From contig CAVVJT010000007.1 in assembly GCA_963748625.1 (NCBI GenBank), positions 672,001-736,000 on the forward strand: a stretch of DNA of 64,000 bases. Reading direction: 5' to 3'. Positions 1 to 8,781 of this stretch are shown in pieces. A program made the translations under genes and the position numbers. This stretch comes from an uncultured Chloroflexia bacterium. Lineage in GTDB: Bacteria; Chloroflexota; Limnocylindria; Limnocylindrales; CSP1-4. The notes beneath the pieces are model-generated. The model was not told the origin of the DNA. It ran no database searches and saw only the letters and a program-made list of their open reading frames with translations. How positions within the stretch are numbered: the stretch's first letter is position 1; every line of letters starts with the position of its first letter.

Positions 1-1727
1 CGGGAGGTGACCCGGACCAGCTCGCCCTCGGCCAGGCCCATGGTGACCAGGTCCTCCGGACAGAGGTCAAGGGTCTCCATCCGCCGGTGCGGGTGCTTGA
101 ACGAGTTCGACTGGACGCCCGTGTTGTAGGACTCGAGCCGGCGGCCAGTGGTGAGCCGGATCGGGAACTCCGGGGTGAGCTTGTCCACGGGCAGTTCGTG
201 CTCCACGGGGACGAACGGCGCGCGGTTGCCCGGCACCGGGTCAGCCCAGAGGCGCGAGTGCAGGAACGGCTCGCCCGGGTGGGTCTCGTCGTAGCAAGGC
301 CACTGGATGCCGTCGAGCTCCTCGAGGCGCTGGTAGCTCATGCCCCGGTGCGCCGGCGACAGGGTCCGGAACTCGTTCCAGAGCGCCTCCGCCGAATAGT
401 CACCCCAGTCCTTGCCGAGGCGCCGGGCGATCTCGAAGATGATCCAGAGATCGTCGCGGGCGTCGCCGGGCGGGTCGATCGCCTTGCGGACACGCTGGAC
501 GCGCCGCTCGGAGTTGGTGACGGTGCCCTCGGTCTCGGCCCAGGCGGCCGCGGCCGGGAGGACGACGTCCGCGATCTCCGCGGTGGCGGTCCGGAAGATG
601 TCCTGGACGACGAGGAGATCGAGGCCCGAGAGCAGGCGCGTGGTCCGCTCCATGTCGGCCTCGGACTGGACCGGGTTCTCTCCGATGCAGTAGACGGCCG
701 TGAGCTCGCCGCGCTCCATGGCGTCGTACATGGCCGTGAGGTTCAGGCCGCGCTTGGGCGGGATGGTGACCCCATAAGCCGCGTCGAACGGGGCGCGCAG
801 GGCGTCGTTCTCGACATGCTGGAAGCCCGGCAGGCGGTCCGGCAGGGCGCCCGAGTCGCCGCCGCCCTGGACGTTGTTCTGGCCGCGCAGCGGGTTGAGG
901 CCGGAGCCCCACTTGCCCACGTGCCCGCAGAGGAGCGCCAGGTTGATGAGGCTCAGGACGTTGTCCACGGCGTTGTGGTGCTCGGTGATCCCGAGCGTCC
1001 AGCAGATCATCGCCTTCTCGGCCTTGGCGAAGGCATGCGCCGTCTCACGGATGGCCGCTGCCGGCACACCCGTCTCCCGCTCCACCCACTCGAGCGTGTA
1101 GGGCTCAACGGCCGCCTTGTACGCCTCGAAACCACTCGTGGCACGCCCGATGAACTCGTCGTGCGCGAGGCCAGCCGCGATGATCTCGCGACCCATGGCG
1201 TTGGCGAGGGCGATGTCGGTGCCCACGTCGAGGCCGAGCCAGAGATCGGCCCACTCCACCGATGAGGTCCGCCGCGGGTCGACCGCGATCATGCGCGCGC
1301 CGTTGCGGATCCCCTTGAGGATGTGGTGGAAGTAGATCGGATGCGTCTCCCGGGCGTTCGAGCCCCACAGGAGGATCAGGTCCGTCTCTTCGATCTCTTT
1401 ATATGAGCTGGTGCATCCGCCAGCGCCGAACACGGTCGCCAGACCGGCGACAGAGGGGGCGTGTCAGGTGCGGTTGCAGCTGTCGATGTTGTTGCTGCCC
1501 AAGACCTGGCGGGAGAGCTTCTGGGCCGCGTAGTTGACCTCGTTGGTCGAGCGGCTGCAGGAGAAGATTCCGTAGGTCGTGGGGCCGTGCGCCTCGCCCG
1601 CTGCCCGCAGCCCGGCGACCACCCGGTCCAGCGCCTCGTCCCAGGTGGCTGGGCGGAGAGGGGCGCCAGAACGACGGTCACCATCGCGCACGAGCGGTGT
1701 GGTGAGACGGACGTACTCCTTCGGCAC
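1..1727 (-). CDS. fdhF: Selenocysteine-containing formate dehydrogenase alpha subunit (molybdopterin oxidoreductase), 3' end outside window
   Basis: GTG at 1727 after AGAGGT. Reads PKEYVRLTTPLVR...GSNNIDSCNRT-UGA(1464-1466)-HAPSVAGLATVFGAGG...GSNARETHP...PLRGQNNVQG...EGTVTNSERRVQR...LTTGRRL. The frame stays open past the UGA to the window edge. Confidence 0.93.
1431..1463 (-). promoter_or_regulatory. Bacterial SECIS element
   Basis: Directly 3' of UGA: CACGCCCCCUCU-GUCGCC-GGUCU-GGCGAC-CGUG. A 6-bp stem with GGUCU loop, matching the position and loop of the E. coli fdhF SECIS. Confidence 0.85.
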
Positions 1728-1800
1728 TGGTGTACCTCTGGTATGGGGTCCGATCGGGGGAGTGTAAACCGGCATGCAAGAGGGCGATAGGCTGCTTGGC

Positions 1801-2835
1801 ATGCGCGAGGCCGTCCCCGGGAACCCTGTTGACGGGCCGGATGGCGATGTCCGCCTCCCGGTCGAGGGCAGGCTCGACCTGCGCCAGGTCCTGGGCATCC
1901 ACCAGCGGGGGTACGGCGATCCGGCCCTGCGGTTCGAGGTGTCGGGCTCCTGCTGGCGGGCGTCGCGCACGCCCGACGGACCGGTGACGCTGTTCGTGGA
2001 GACGTTCGCGGGGGCGGGCGAGGGGCTCGACGGGACGGGCGAGGGGCTCGACGGCGGGCACGCTCGGGTGCGCGCGTGGGGCCCCGGGACCGCGTGGGCG
2101 CTCGCGCAGGCGCCGGCGCTCCTGGGCCTTGATGACGTGCACCGGACCGTGACGCCGGCCCATCCCGCGGTGGCCGCGGCCCAGCGCAAAGTGCGCGAGG
2201 TGCGCATCGGGCGGACCGGTCGTGTCCTCGAGGCGCTCATCCCGGCGATCCTCGAGCAGAAGGTGACCGGCGACGAGGCACGGCGGGCGTACCGCGGACT
2301 GATCGCGCGGTGGGGCGAGGACGCGCCGGGGCCGTCCGGGCTCCGGCTGCTGCCCGCACCCGATGTCATCGCGGGACTCCCCTACCACGCGCTGCACCGG
2401 GTGGACGTCGAGCGGCGGCGGGCCGAGCTGCTGGCCCGGGTCTGTCGGGACGCCGCGCGGCTGGAGGCCCTGGGTGCGGCCGCCGCGACGCACGGCGCAA
2501 CGTCCCACGCGACGCACGGCGCAACGTCCGACGCGCGGGCGGCGGTGTACGCCGCCCTTCGCGCCTATCCGGGCATCGGCCCCTGGACGGCCGCCGAAGT
2601 GGGCATCCGGGCCCTCGGCGATCCCGACGCCGTGAGCGTCGGCGACTTCCACATCCCGAACATGGTCGCGTGGGCGCTCGCACGCGAGCCGCGCGGCACC
2701 GACGAGCGGATGCTCGAGCTGCTGGAGCCGTACCGGGGCCAGCGGGGGCGAGTGGTGCGGCTGCTGGAGCTGGCCGGGATCAAGGCGCCGCGGTACGGCC
2801 CGCGCCTCTCAGCGCGCCGCATCGGTGAGCTCTGA
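1801..2835 (+). CDS. DNA-3-methyladenine glycosylase, AlkA/HhH-GPD family
   Basis: AILEQKVTG, HhH motif YPGIGPWTA and DAVSVGDFH. Start uncertain (1774 or 1801). Confidence 0.85.
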   Translation: MREAVPGNPVDGPDGDVRLPVEGRLDLRQVLGIHQRGYGDPALRFEVSGSCWRASRTPDGPVTLFVETFAGAGEGLDGTGEGLDGGHARVRAWGPGTAWALAQAPALLGLDDVHRTVTPAHPAVAAAQRKVREVRIGRTGRVLEALIPAILEQKVTGDEARRAYRGLIARWGEDAPGPSGLRLLPAPDVIAGLPYHALHRVDVERRRAELLARVCRDAARLEALGAAAATHGATSHATHGATSDARAAVYAALRAYPGIGPWTAAEVGIRALGDPDAVSVGDFHIPNMVAWALAREPRGTDERMLELLEPYRGQRGRVVRLLELAGIKAPRYGPRLSARRIGEL

Positions 2836-2871
2836 CCAGCTGAGCGTGAGCCAACGCTGGCCGCGCGCGAC

Positions 2872-4095
2872 TCACGCAGCCGGAACCGGCTCCTCCCGCA
2901 TCCCCCAGGGCGACCCGTACTCCACGAGCAGGTCGAGGAATGGCTTCGGCGCGAACGCCTCAGGCCCCAGCACGCCCGCGCCGGACCACACGCCCCGCGA
3001 GAGCAGCTCCATCCCCACGATCGGGTTGATCGCGGTCTGCCAGACGACGGCCTGCGACCCGTACTCGCGCCACGACCAGTCGCTGTCCACCACGTGGTAG
3101 AGGTACACGGCACGCGGCGAACCATCCTTGCCCAGACCGGTCACGAACGTGCCCGCGCAGGTCTTCCCATGCATGCGGTCGCCCAGGCCGGCCGGGTCGG
3201 GCAGGCATGCGGCCACAACGTCCCGCGGCGAGACCTCGACGCCCTTCACCTTCACCGGCGTGGTGCGATCCAGCCCGAGCGTGTGCAGCACCTTGAGGAC
3301 GTTGATGAACTCGTCGCCCAGGCCGTACTTGAAGGTCACGCGCTTGGCCTTGACCCAGCGCGGGATCAGCAGGACCTCCTCATGCTCCACGTTCACGCAC
3401 TCGACCGGGCCGATGCCCTCCGGGAACTCGAACGTCTCGGGCTCCGAGAACGGCGGTGTCGTGTACCAGCCGCGACCCTCCTCGAAGATCACCGGCGGGT
3501 TCAGGCACTCCTCGATCGTCGTCCAGATGGAGAACGACGGGGCGAAGTCGTACCCGTCCACGACCAGGTTGGCACCATCCCGGACACCGGCCTCGTCGAT
3601 CTCCGAGAACAGCTCGTCGGCCGCATACCGCGCGAAGATGTCGGACAGGCCGGGCTCGATGCCCAGGCCCACCAGCGCCAGGCGCCCGGCCGCCTCCCAC
3701 TCCCCCGCCTTGGCGAACTGCTCGTCGCCGAGCTTGAGCCCGGACAGCTCGTAGGGCTTCTCCGGATGCGGCTTGGACAGGCTCATCGCCATGTCCATGT
3801 AGTTCACGCCGGCCTCGGCGCAGGCATCGAAGATCGGCATGACGAAGCGCGGGTCCACCGCGTTGAGCACGTGCGTGACCGCGTGCTCGCGGATGAGCGC
3901 AGCGACGGACGCCACGTTCGACGCATCGACCTGCGCGCCGCTGAAGCGGGCGTCACCCGCGACCTGGGCAAGCGCGTGCTCGACGCGGCGCGGATCGTAG
4001 TCGGCCACGACCATGTGCTCGAAAAAGGCGCGGCGGGCGGCGATGGCCACGGCCGCAGTGCCGACGCCACCAGCGCCGACGACCAGGATTCGCAT
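2872..4095 (-). CDS. Saccharopine dehydrogenase / carboxynorspermidine dehydrogenase family protein
   Basis: MRILVVGAGGVG Rossmann start, YMDMA, GIEPGLSD, VEHEEV, WQTA motifs. Confidence 0.88.
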   Translation of the reverse strand: MRILVVGAGGVGTAAVAIAARRAFFEHMVVADYDPRRVEHALAQVAGDARFSGAQVDASNVASVAALIREHAVTHVLNAVDPRFVMPIFDACAEAGVNYMDMAMSLSKPHPEKPYELSGLKLGDEQFAKAGEWEAAGRLALVGLGIEPGLSDIFARYAADELFSEIDEAGVRDGANLVVDGYDFAPSFSIWTTIEECLNPPVIFEEGRGWYTTPPFSEPETFEFPEGIGPVECVNVEHEEVLLIPRWVKAKRVTFKYGLGDEFINVLKVLHTLGLDRTTPVKVKGVEVSPRDVVAACLPDPAGLGDRMHGKTCAGTFVTGLGKDGSPRAVYLYHVVDSDWSWREYGSQAVVWQTAINPIVGMELLSRGVWSGAGVLGPEAFAPKPFLDLLVEYGSPWGMREEPVPAA

Positions 4096-4193
4096 GGTGA
4101 GGATCACCTCGTGGCGGGGGCGGCGGCACCGGATCGACCGCCGCCCGGACTGGTGGGGGACGGGACGGTCCCCCTGGGGTTGCACCGATTGTG

Positions 4194-5768
4194 TCAGCCG
4201 GCAGACTCGGGCTTCGGCTGGTAGACCTCACGCTTCCGCCGGAAGAACTCCGGCGCCTTCAGCCTCCAGGCCACGAGCAGGATCACACCAAGGATCCCGA
4301 GCAGGATCGAGAGCGCCAGCGGGACACCGATGCCGAACAGGCTGGCGCAGGTGGCGACATCCTCGGGATCGGTGCACGTGTAGGAGCTCAGCGGGCTCAT
4401 GAGATCGACGACCGACTGCCAGAACGCCCAGGTGAGGACCAGCGCGCCGAACAGGGGCAGGAGCCCCATCCCGATGAAGTCCTTGGCGCTGCGGAACAGG
4501 ACCTTCCGGTAGTAGACCACTGACGCGTAGCCGGTGATGCCGTAGTAGAAGGCGATCATCAGGCCCAGCGCGGTGAGCGCGTCCCAGTACACGTTCTCCG
4601 AGATGAGCTTGAGCCCGATGTACCAGAGGACGGCCAGGATGCCCGTCCAGATGGTGGCATTCGCGGGCGTCAGGTAGCGCGGGTGGATCTGGGCCCAGTA
4701 CTTCGGGGCCGCACCCTTCGCCCCCATGGACAGGGCGGTACGCGCGCACGGCAGGATCGTGGTCTGCGTGGACGCCGCGGCGGAGGTCAGGACAGCAATG
4801 ATCAACAGCACGTTGAGCGGCTCGCCCAGGATCTCAGCGCCGAGGCTCGCAAGGATGTCGCTCTCGCCCTGCTCGGCCAGGTACTCGGCCCCGTGGATCG
4901 CCTGCGCGGCGATCGTCACGAGGACGTATGTCCCGACCAGGATGAGAACGGAGAAGATCGTCGCCCGGCCCGGCTGCTCGGTGGGGTTGCCGCTCTCCTC
5001 GTTGACCGAGGCGGTTGTGTCCCAGCCCCAGTAGATGAACAGGGTGATGAGCATGGCGGCGGCGAAGGCACTGGCGTCCCAGGCACCGTTCTCGCCGACG
5101 ATCGACAGGGGGTTGAGCCACTCGAGCGTCGGCATCACCGACCCCTCGAGGCCGCCGAAGACCTTGACCAGCGCGACGACCGAGAAGATGCCGAGCGTGA
5201 TCAGCTCGACGCTGAGCAGGACCGCCTGCGATCGCGCCGAGAGCTCGATGCCGCGCCAGCAGATCCACGTCATGGCGGCGACGAACAGGATGCCCAGGGC
5301 GACGACACCGACGTCAAAGGTGACCTCGCCGACCATGATCGGGAGGACCGGGTTCGCGAAGACGTCGATCCCGAACAGGCTGAACGTGTACTGCGCCGCA
5401 ACCTCGGCGAGGCTGGCGATGACGATGACCTGGGCGACGATCATCACCCAGCCGGTGAACCAGCCCAGGTGTGGGCCGGCGGCAGTGGTGACCCAGGTGA
5501 AGCTGGTGCCGCAGTCGGGGTCGGCGCGGTTCATGTAGTAGTAGGCCATCGCGATGCAGAACATCGGGATGAATGCCACCCACATGATCGAAGGCGCAGC
5601 AAGCCCGACGGCGGCCGCCACGAGGCCCAGCGAGACCGCGAGGCTGTAGGCCGGAGCCGTGGATGCCACCCCGATGACGACGTTCTCCGCCATCCCGAGG
5701 GCACCGGTCTTCAGGCCCTTGCTGCCTGGGGATCCCTCGCCTGTCAGCTCTTCGCTAACGACCGCCAT
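4194..5768 (-). CDS. APC family amino acid/polyamine permease
   Basis: GVASTAPAYSL and YWGWDTTASVNEES motifs, about 12 hydrophobic segments, AAGGAG RBS. Confidence 0.92.
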   Translation of the reverse strand: MAVVSEELTGEGSPGSKGLKTGALGMAENVVIGVASTAPAYSLAVSLGLVAAAVGLAAPSIMWVAFIPMFCIAMAYYYMNRADPDCGTSFTWVTTAAGPHLGWFTGWVMIVAQVIVIASLAEVAAQYTFSLFGIDVFANPVLPIMVGEVTFDVGVVALGILFVAAMTWICWRGIELSARSQAVLLSVELITLGIFSVVALVKVFGGLEGSVMPTLEWLNPLSIVGENGAWDASAFAAAMLITLFIYWGWDTTASVNEESGNPTEQPGRATIFSVLILVGTYVLVTIAAQAIHGAEYLAEQGESDILASLGAEILGEPLNVLLIIAVLTSAAASTQTTILPCARTALSMGAKGAAPKYWAQIHPRYLTPANATIWTGILAVLWYIGLKLISENVYWDALTALGLMIAFYYGITGYASVVYYRKVLFRSAKDFIGMGLLPLFGALVLTWAFWQSVVDLMSPLSSYTCTDPEDVATCASLFGIGVPLALSILLGILGVILLVAWRLKAPEFFRRKREVYQPKPESAG

Positions 5769-6100
5769 TCGGCTCTCCTTCTAGCCTCGACAGGAATGGC
5801 GGGACGCTCCGCGTGATGGCACACCCGCGGGCACGACCGCAACAAGGCCAGACGGCATGCCGTCCTCGGTCCGGATGGCGGGTAGGACCGGGTGCGGACC
5901 CCTGCGCGTACCGGGTCGTGCGTGGATGTGCGGCCTGCGGCGCGAAATGACGTTGCCCCGAGCCCGCGGTGGCGGGCGGACGGGACGGGCGCACCCGCGA
6001 TGTTGCGCCCTGCGGGTCAGGCCCCGGTGGACTCCCCCGGCGCGGGGGCCGTTGGGGCGTTGATCGCCGCCGTCGGCTGACCGGATTGCGGAGCGGGCCG

Positions 6101-6490
6101 TCAGCGCCCGGTCGAACGGGCCTCGGTGGACTCCCCGAACGACATGGCGATGAGCACGACCAGGATCACGAGCACGACGGCCCCGAGGAGGAGCGGGGCG
6201 AGGGACTCAGCGGGCGTCGGGCTGGTGCGAACCCAAGCGGCGCCGGTCTCGGTCGAGCCCGGCTCTCCCGGCTTGGGCGTCGCGGCCGGCGCCGGGGTGG
6301 CGTCGGTCGTTGCAGCCACGATCGGGGCGGCGTCGCTGCTACCGGCGGTGGCGGAAGCCGTGGTCGCGAGGACGATGGACGGCAGGGCGGCCGCGAGCAT
6401 CAGGCCGAGCATGACGACGAGTACACCGGTCCTCCGGCGCGCGCGGGTCAGCAGTTGTCGAGTCACGAGATGCGGCACGCGGTCAGCCAT
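6101..6490 (-). CDS. Hypothetical membrane protein (two hydrophobic segments, A/T/P-rich linker)
   Basis: GGAGG RBS before ATG; N- and C-terminal hydrophobic helices. Confidence 0.6.
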   Translation of the reverse strand: MADRVPHLVTRQLLTRARRRTGVLVVMLGLMLAAALPSIVLATTASATAGSSDAAPIVAATTDATPAPAATPKPGEPGSTETGAAWVRTSPTPAESLAPLLLGAVVLVILVVLIAMSFGESTEARSTGR

Positions 6491-6655
6491 GAGACATCCT
6501 CCACCCTGCCGCCCGGACTCGGCGGCCGTCGGGAAGTGTAGCCGCCGCCGGTCGCGCAGGCTACGGCGTGATGGCCGGCACTCCGGACCATGCGACGGCC
6601 GCCGGGTCGTCCCGACGGCCGTCCTGCCTCGCTGGATCCGCCGTCCGGCGGTGCG

Positions 6656-7267
6656 TCAGCCCCCGAAGAAGTCCGTCACGAGCCGCGTGTGACCGTTGGC
6701 CTTCCACACGCCGATGCCGACCTTCTTGTACCGGCTGTTCTTGATGTTCTTCCAGTGGCCGCCACCGGTTGCCTTCTCCCTCTGGAAGGCGAGGTGCGTG
6801 TACAAGACCGACTTGTAGGCGCTCGAGGCGTCCCAGCAGCCGATGTTCTCGCCCCACGTGTAGCCGCTGAAGCCGGCGTTCGCGAGCCGACCGGTGACGT
6901 TGCCGTGGTAGCAGGCACCCGCGGTGGCCAGCTTCTTCGCCCAGCGACGCGCGACCCCCGACAGGTCCGCGTTGCGCTTGAGCGGCGCCACGTACTTGGA
7001 GTAGGTGCCCGTGCCGTAGGCCTTGCAGGTGCCGTCCTTGAGCACCCATCCGCCGGTCCGGGTGCAGTTGAGCAGCTTGAGGTAGTAGGTCTCGACGCCG
7101 TACCAGGACGGATCGGCCGCGGCGACGCCCGTCGGGGCGGCTGCGCTGGTGCCGAAGGCTGCGAGCGACGCGAGCAGGCTCACGGCGAGCATCGTGGCGA
7201 AGCGCGAGGTCAAGCGCGAGCGGATGGACGCCCGCTGGGCGCCGGGGTGAAGCAGTCGCACGACCAT
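6656..7267 (-). CDS. Secreted CAP/SCP domain protein
   Basis: GAGAGGAA-ATG start, signal-like N-terminus, WGENIG, GHWKNIKNSRYKKVGIGV. Confidence 0.85.
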   Translation of the reverse strand: MVVRLLHPGAQRASIRSRLTSRFATMLAVSLLASLAAFGTSAAAPTGVAAADPSWYGVETYYLKLLNCTRTGGWVLKDGTCKAYGTGTYSKYVAPLKRNADLSGVARRWAKKLATAGACYHGNVTGRLANAGFSGYTWGENIGCWDASSAYKSVLYTHLAFQREKATGGGHWKNIKNSRYKKVGIGVWKANGHTRLVTDFFGG

Positions 7268-7471
7268 TTCCTCTCTACCCGACGGCACCGGGAAGGCCGA
7301 TGCCGACGATCTGCTTGGGTGCCGGGGCTCGTGCGGCCACCGGACCATTGGACCGGCCGAAGGCTACCGGGTCATCGTCGATCGCGCCCTGACCCGGTGG
7401 TACTGGCCGGGTTCCGGGGCCAGACCGCGCCGCCACTGCCCGCGCCCGCGGCCGAACCGGCGATTCCGACG

Positions 7472-7500
7472 CTCATGTGAGGCATTGCCGCTCAGGCGAG
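7472..7500. promoter_or_regulatory. Paired palindromic operator (CTCA-N2-YGAG x2) upstream of SorC-family regulator
   Basis: CTCATGTGAG (7472-7481) and CTCAGGCGAG (7491-7500), 19-bp start-to-start; same geometry as 8706-8734. Confidence 0.65.
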
Positions 7501-7514
7501 GTAGCATGTTCCCC

Positions 7515-8480
7515 ATGACTGACCTCGGCAGCAGCGGCAAGGATCGGCTCAGCCTGGTCACCGCCGTGCTCGCCGCGCGCCGCTACTTCCTCGATGGCGC
7601 CACCAAGAGCGAGATCGCCACCGAGCTCGGCATCTCCCGGTTCAAGGTCGCGCGCCTGCTCGACGATGCCGTTCGCGACGGGATCGTCAAGATCGAGATC
7701 GAGGCCGTCCCGGAGATCGACGAGGTGCTCTCCAGGGAGCTGGCCGTCGCCACGGGGATCCGCAGCGCGGTCGTGGTCCGGGACATGGGCGGCCCACCGG
7801 AGCTGGAGCGCTCGCAGTTGGGCCGGGCCGCCGCCACCGTCCTCGCGGACGCCCTCGACGACGGCGACATCCTGGGCATCTCGTGGGGGCGCTCGCTGCA
7901 CGCGATGATCGGCCACCTCCCCGCCCTGCCCGGCTGCGATGTCGTGCAGCTCGTGGGCATCGTCCCCACGCTGGACCTCGCGGTGAACTCGCTGGAGCTC
8001 GTGCGCCGCCTCGCCAACCGGGCCGGGGGCCACGTGCACCCGCTCCACGTCCCGATCGTGGTGGAGCGCCCGGAGCTGGCATCCGCGCTGCGCGAGGATC
8101 CGCACGTCGGGCGGACGATGGCGATGTACCCCCGCCTGACGCGCGCGGTGGTGGGCATCGGGGCCTGGCGCACGGGCTCGTCGTCCCTGCGCGAAGCACT
8201 GTCAGGAGCCGATGCGCGCACGATCGATGCGGCGGGCGCCGTCGCCGACTGCTGCTCGATCCTGCTCGACGCCGACGGGCGCGAGGTCCATGCGGCCGGC
8301 CTGCCGGAGCGCTGCCTCGCGATCTCCGCGGACGAGCTGCGGCGCGTCCCCGACGTCCTCGCGATCTCGGCCGGCACCGAGAAGGTGGAGGGGATCCGGG
8401 CGACGCTGCGCTCAGGCCTGGTGCACCGGCTGGTGACCACCGAGGCGACGGCGCGCGCCCTGCTGGCCGGCGCGGGCTGA
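7515..8480 (+). CDS. SorC/DeoR/LsrR family sugar-binding transcriptional regulator
   Basis: YFLDGATKSEIATELGISRFKVARLL HTH, LGISWGRSL, and sugar-binding C-terminus (GTEKVEGI...LVTTEATA). Confidence 0.93.
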   Translation: MTDLGSSGKDRLSLVTAVLAARRYFLDGATKSEIATELGISRFKVARLLDDAVRDGIVKIEIEAVPEIDEVLSRELAVATGIRSAVVVRDMGGPPELERSQLGRAAATVLADALDDGDILGISWGRSLHAMIGHLPALPGCDVVQLVGIVPTLDLAVNSLELVRRLANRAGGHVHPLHVPIVVERPELASALREDPHVGRTMAMYPRLTRAVVGIGAWRTGSSSLREALSGADARTIDAAGAVADCCSILLDADGREVHAAGLPERCLAISADELRRVPDVLAISAGTEKVEGIRATLRSGLVHRLVTTEATARALLAGAG

Positions 8481-8674
8481 CCTCGGGCGCCGGGGGCTGA
8501 TCCCCGGGCGCCTGGGCGGGCGCTTGAGTCATCACCGCATCAGTTCGGCCTGCTGCGTGCGATGGTCGCGGGCGGAAGGTCGACTTCAGGTGCTGACCCA
8601 CGCACGGTGGTAGCGGATCTGATGCACAGCCGAATTGCGACGCCGGCGAGCCCCCGACCGGGGCTACAAGGGGG

Positions 8675-8734
8675 TTTACGCGCGCCGTCGGCCGGAGTAT
8701 GGTTACTCATGCGAGCGGTTATCTCTCATATGAG
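8675..8734 (+). promoter_or_regulatory. Sigma70-type promoter plus paired palindromic operator of the dehydrogenase operon
   Basis: TTTACG-N17-TATGGT (8675-8703), then CTCATGCGAG (8706-8715) and CTCATATGAG (8725-8734). Confidence 0.7.
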
Positions 8735-8781
8735 CATCGAGAGTGTGCCGCTCGCCCAACCACAGAAGGACGAAGCCGGCA

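Noticed and set aside
1-1466. FDH as a nonsense pseudogene
   Set aside because: The UGA sits exactly at the catalytic Sec position and is followed by a SECIS hairpin.
2015-2535. Short tandem duplications inside the glycosylase gene (GEGLDG x2, ATHGATS x2)
   Set aside because: In-frame loop insertions typical of slippage; no sign of separate function.
7270-7440. c-di-GMP or c-di-AMP riboswitch upstream of the CAP gene
   Set aside because: Hairpins exist (ACCGGGTCA/TGACCCGGT; CGGCATCGG/CCGGTGCCG) but I could not find the conserved GGCAAA/GACGCAAA or ydaO motifs; an Rfam scan is needed.
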